From NCBI GenBank assembly GCA_016186915.1, contig JACPKU010000006.1:249619-313618 (forward strand): a stretch of 64,000 nt of DNA, given 5' to 3'. The notes under the pieces are model-generated. The model did not search any database and was not told the DNA's origin. It saw nothing but the letters and a program-made list of their open reading frames with translations. The position numbers and the translations under genes were made by a program. This document shows positions 62,971 through 64,000 of the stretch, in pieces (the stretch's first letter is position 1; the number at the start of each line of letters is the position of its first letter). This DNA is from Candidatus Doudnabacteria bacterium. Its GTDB lineage: Bacteria; Patescibacteriota; Doudnabacteria; UBA920; O2-02-FULL-48-8.

Positions 62971-64000
62971 TTATTTTCCTGTTTGTCCTACTCTTATCTT
63001 CCCTGATTCGCCCACTATCTTCTCTGCCACGTTTTTCGGCACCTCTTCGTAATGGTCAAATTCCATGCTGTAAGAAGCCTGGCCTTGCGACATTGACCGG
63101 ATCTGAGTGGCGTAGCCAAACATCTCAGCCAGAGGCACCAGCGCGTCGATCACCTTGAGATTTCCGCGGTCTGTCATTTCCAGTATCTTGCCGCGCTTGG
63201 CGTTGAGATCGCCAATCACGTCGCCCATGGCGGTTTCCGGAGTAGTGACCTCGACTTTCATTATCGGCTCAAGCAAAATTGGTTTGGCTTTTTTAAAAGC
63301 ATCCTGAAACGCCAAGGATCCTGCTATTTTAAAAGCGATCTCAGAAGAATCAACTTCATGATAACTGCCGTCAAACAAAGTGACTTTCGTATCAATCACG
63401 GGATAACCGGCAATTACACCCCTGTCCGCGGCTTCCTTGATGCCCTTATCCACTGCCGGGATATATTCACGCGGGATATCTCCGCCCACCACTTCATTGA
63501 TAAACTCATTGCCCTTGCCTGGGTCGTTTGGTTCAATCCTGATCAAAACATGGCCGTACTGCCCGCGCCCACCAGTTTGTCTGATGTATTTGCTTTCTGC
63601 TTCTGCCTTGCCCTTAATCGTTTCTTTGTAGGCCACCTGCGGGCGCCCGACATTGGCTTCCACTTTGAACTCGCGCTTCATTCTGTCCACCAAAATTTCC
63701 AAATGCAGCTCACCCATCCCGCTGATCAAAGTTTGGTTGGTCTCTTCTTCGGCGCGGACTTTGAAAGTCGGATCTTCTTCCGCCAACTTCTGCAAAGCCA
63801 ATCCCATTTTTTCTTGATCGGCCTTGGTCTTCGGCTCAATTGCCACGGAAATCACCGGTTCGGGGAAAGTAATCCTTTCCAGAATCAGCGGGTTGTCCGC
63901 GTCACACAAAGTATCCCCGGTGAAGGTATCTTTCGGGCCGACCAATGCGGCAATCTCACCGGCAAAAACCTCTTTCACTTCTTCTCGGGAATCAGCGTGC
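62971..64000 (-). CDS. fusA: elongation factor G, C-terminal part (gene continues beyond the window end)
   Basis: Domains III-V of EF-G; 335 aa within the window. Confidence 0.9.
   Translation of the reverse strand, partial: HADSREEVKEVFAGEIAALVGPKDTFTGDTLCDADNPLILERITFPEPVISVAIEPKTKADQEKMGLALQKLAEEDPTFKVRAEEETNQTLISGMGELHLEILVDRMKREFKVEANVGRPQVAYKETIKGKAEAESKYIRQTGGRGQYGHVLIRIEPNDPGKGNEFINEVVGGDIPREYIPAVDKGIKEAADRGVIAGYPVIDTKVTLFDGSYHEVDSSEIAFKIAGSLAFQDAFKKAKPILLEPIMKVEVTTPETAMGDVIGDLNAKRGKILEMTDRGNLKVIDALVPLAEMFGYATQIRSMSQGQASYSMEFDHYEEVPKNVAEKIVGESGKIRVGQTGK

Overview
This is a low-GC (about 40-45%) Patescibacteria/CPR-like chromosomal segment, read with the standard code 11. Almost all genes lie on the minus strand. 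Read in the minus-strand direction of transcription, the order is: fusA (partial), tuf, rpsJ, rplC through rplO (S10/spc ribosomal-protein operon), secY, msrB, adk, an adk-like gene, map, htrA, ruvX, galT, tpiA, rpiB, rpe, split transketolase, a PfkB kinase, a 2-hydroxyacid dehydrogenase, fba, gap, pgk, eno, gpmI, a receiver-domain gene, recJ, rnhA, murB, murA, a second mreB, holB, frr, rseP, proS, mreB, mreC, mreD, mrdA, greA, lysS, an HD-domain gene, rdgB, serS, tadA and alr. Several small non-core elements are inserted into otherwise conserved gene pairs. (1) Two diverged paralogous genes each encode a hydrophobic N-terminus, a winged-helix-like region and a Cas2/VapD-like domain; each gene is tightly flanked by 21-27 bp direct repeats with a CGATCG palindromic core, and the repeats differ between the two copies (greA|lysS and rseP|proS). 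(2) A YerC/TrpR-like HTH gene is flanked by a perfect 28-bp palindrome that also occurs as two solo copies. (3) Three GC-rich plus-strand small genes have consensus promoters, AGGAGG ribosome-binding sites and intrinsic terminators; one is a GMP-synthase C-terminal fragment. (4) Several GC-rich or strongly structured non-coding segments are candidate ncRNAs, including one of about 430 nt that may be RNase P RNA. (5) Other curiosities: inverted-repeat-bounded mini-elements, REP-like hairpins, and an in-frame TAA inside alr. No rRNA, tRNA or CRISPR array was found.
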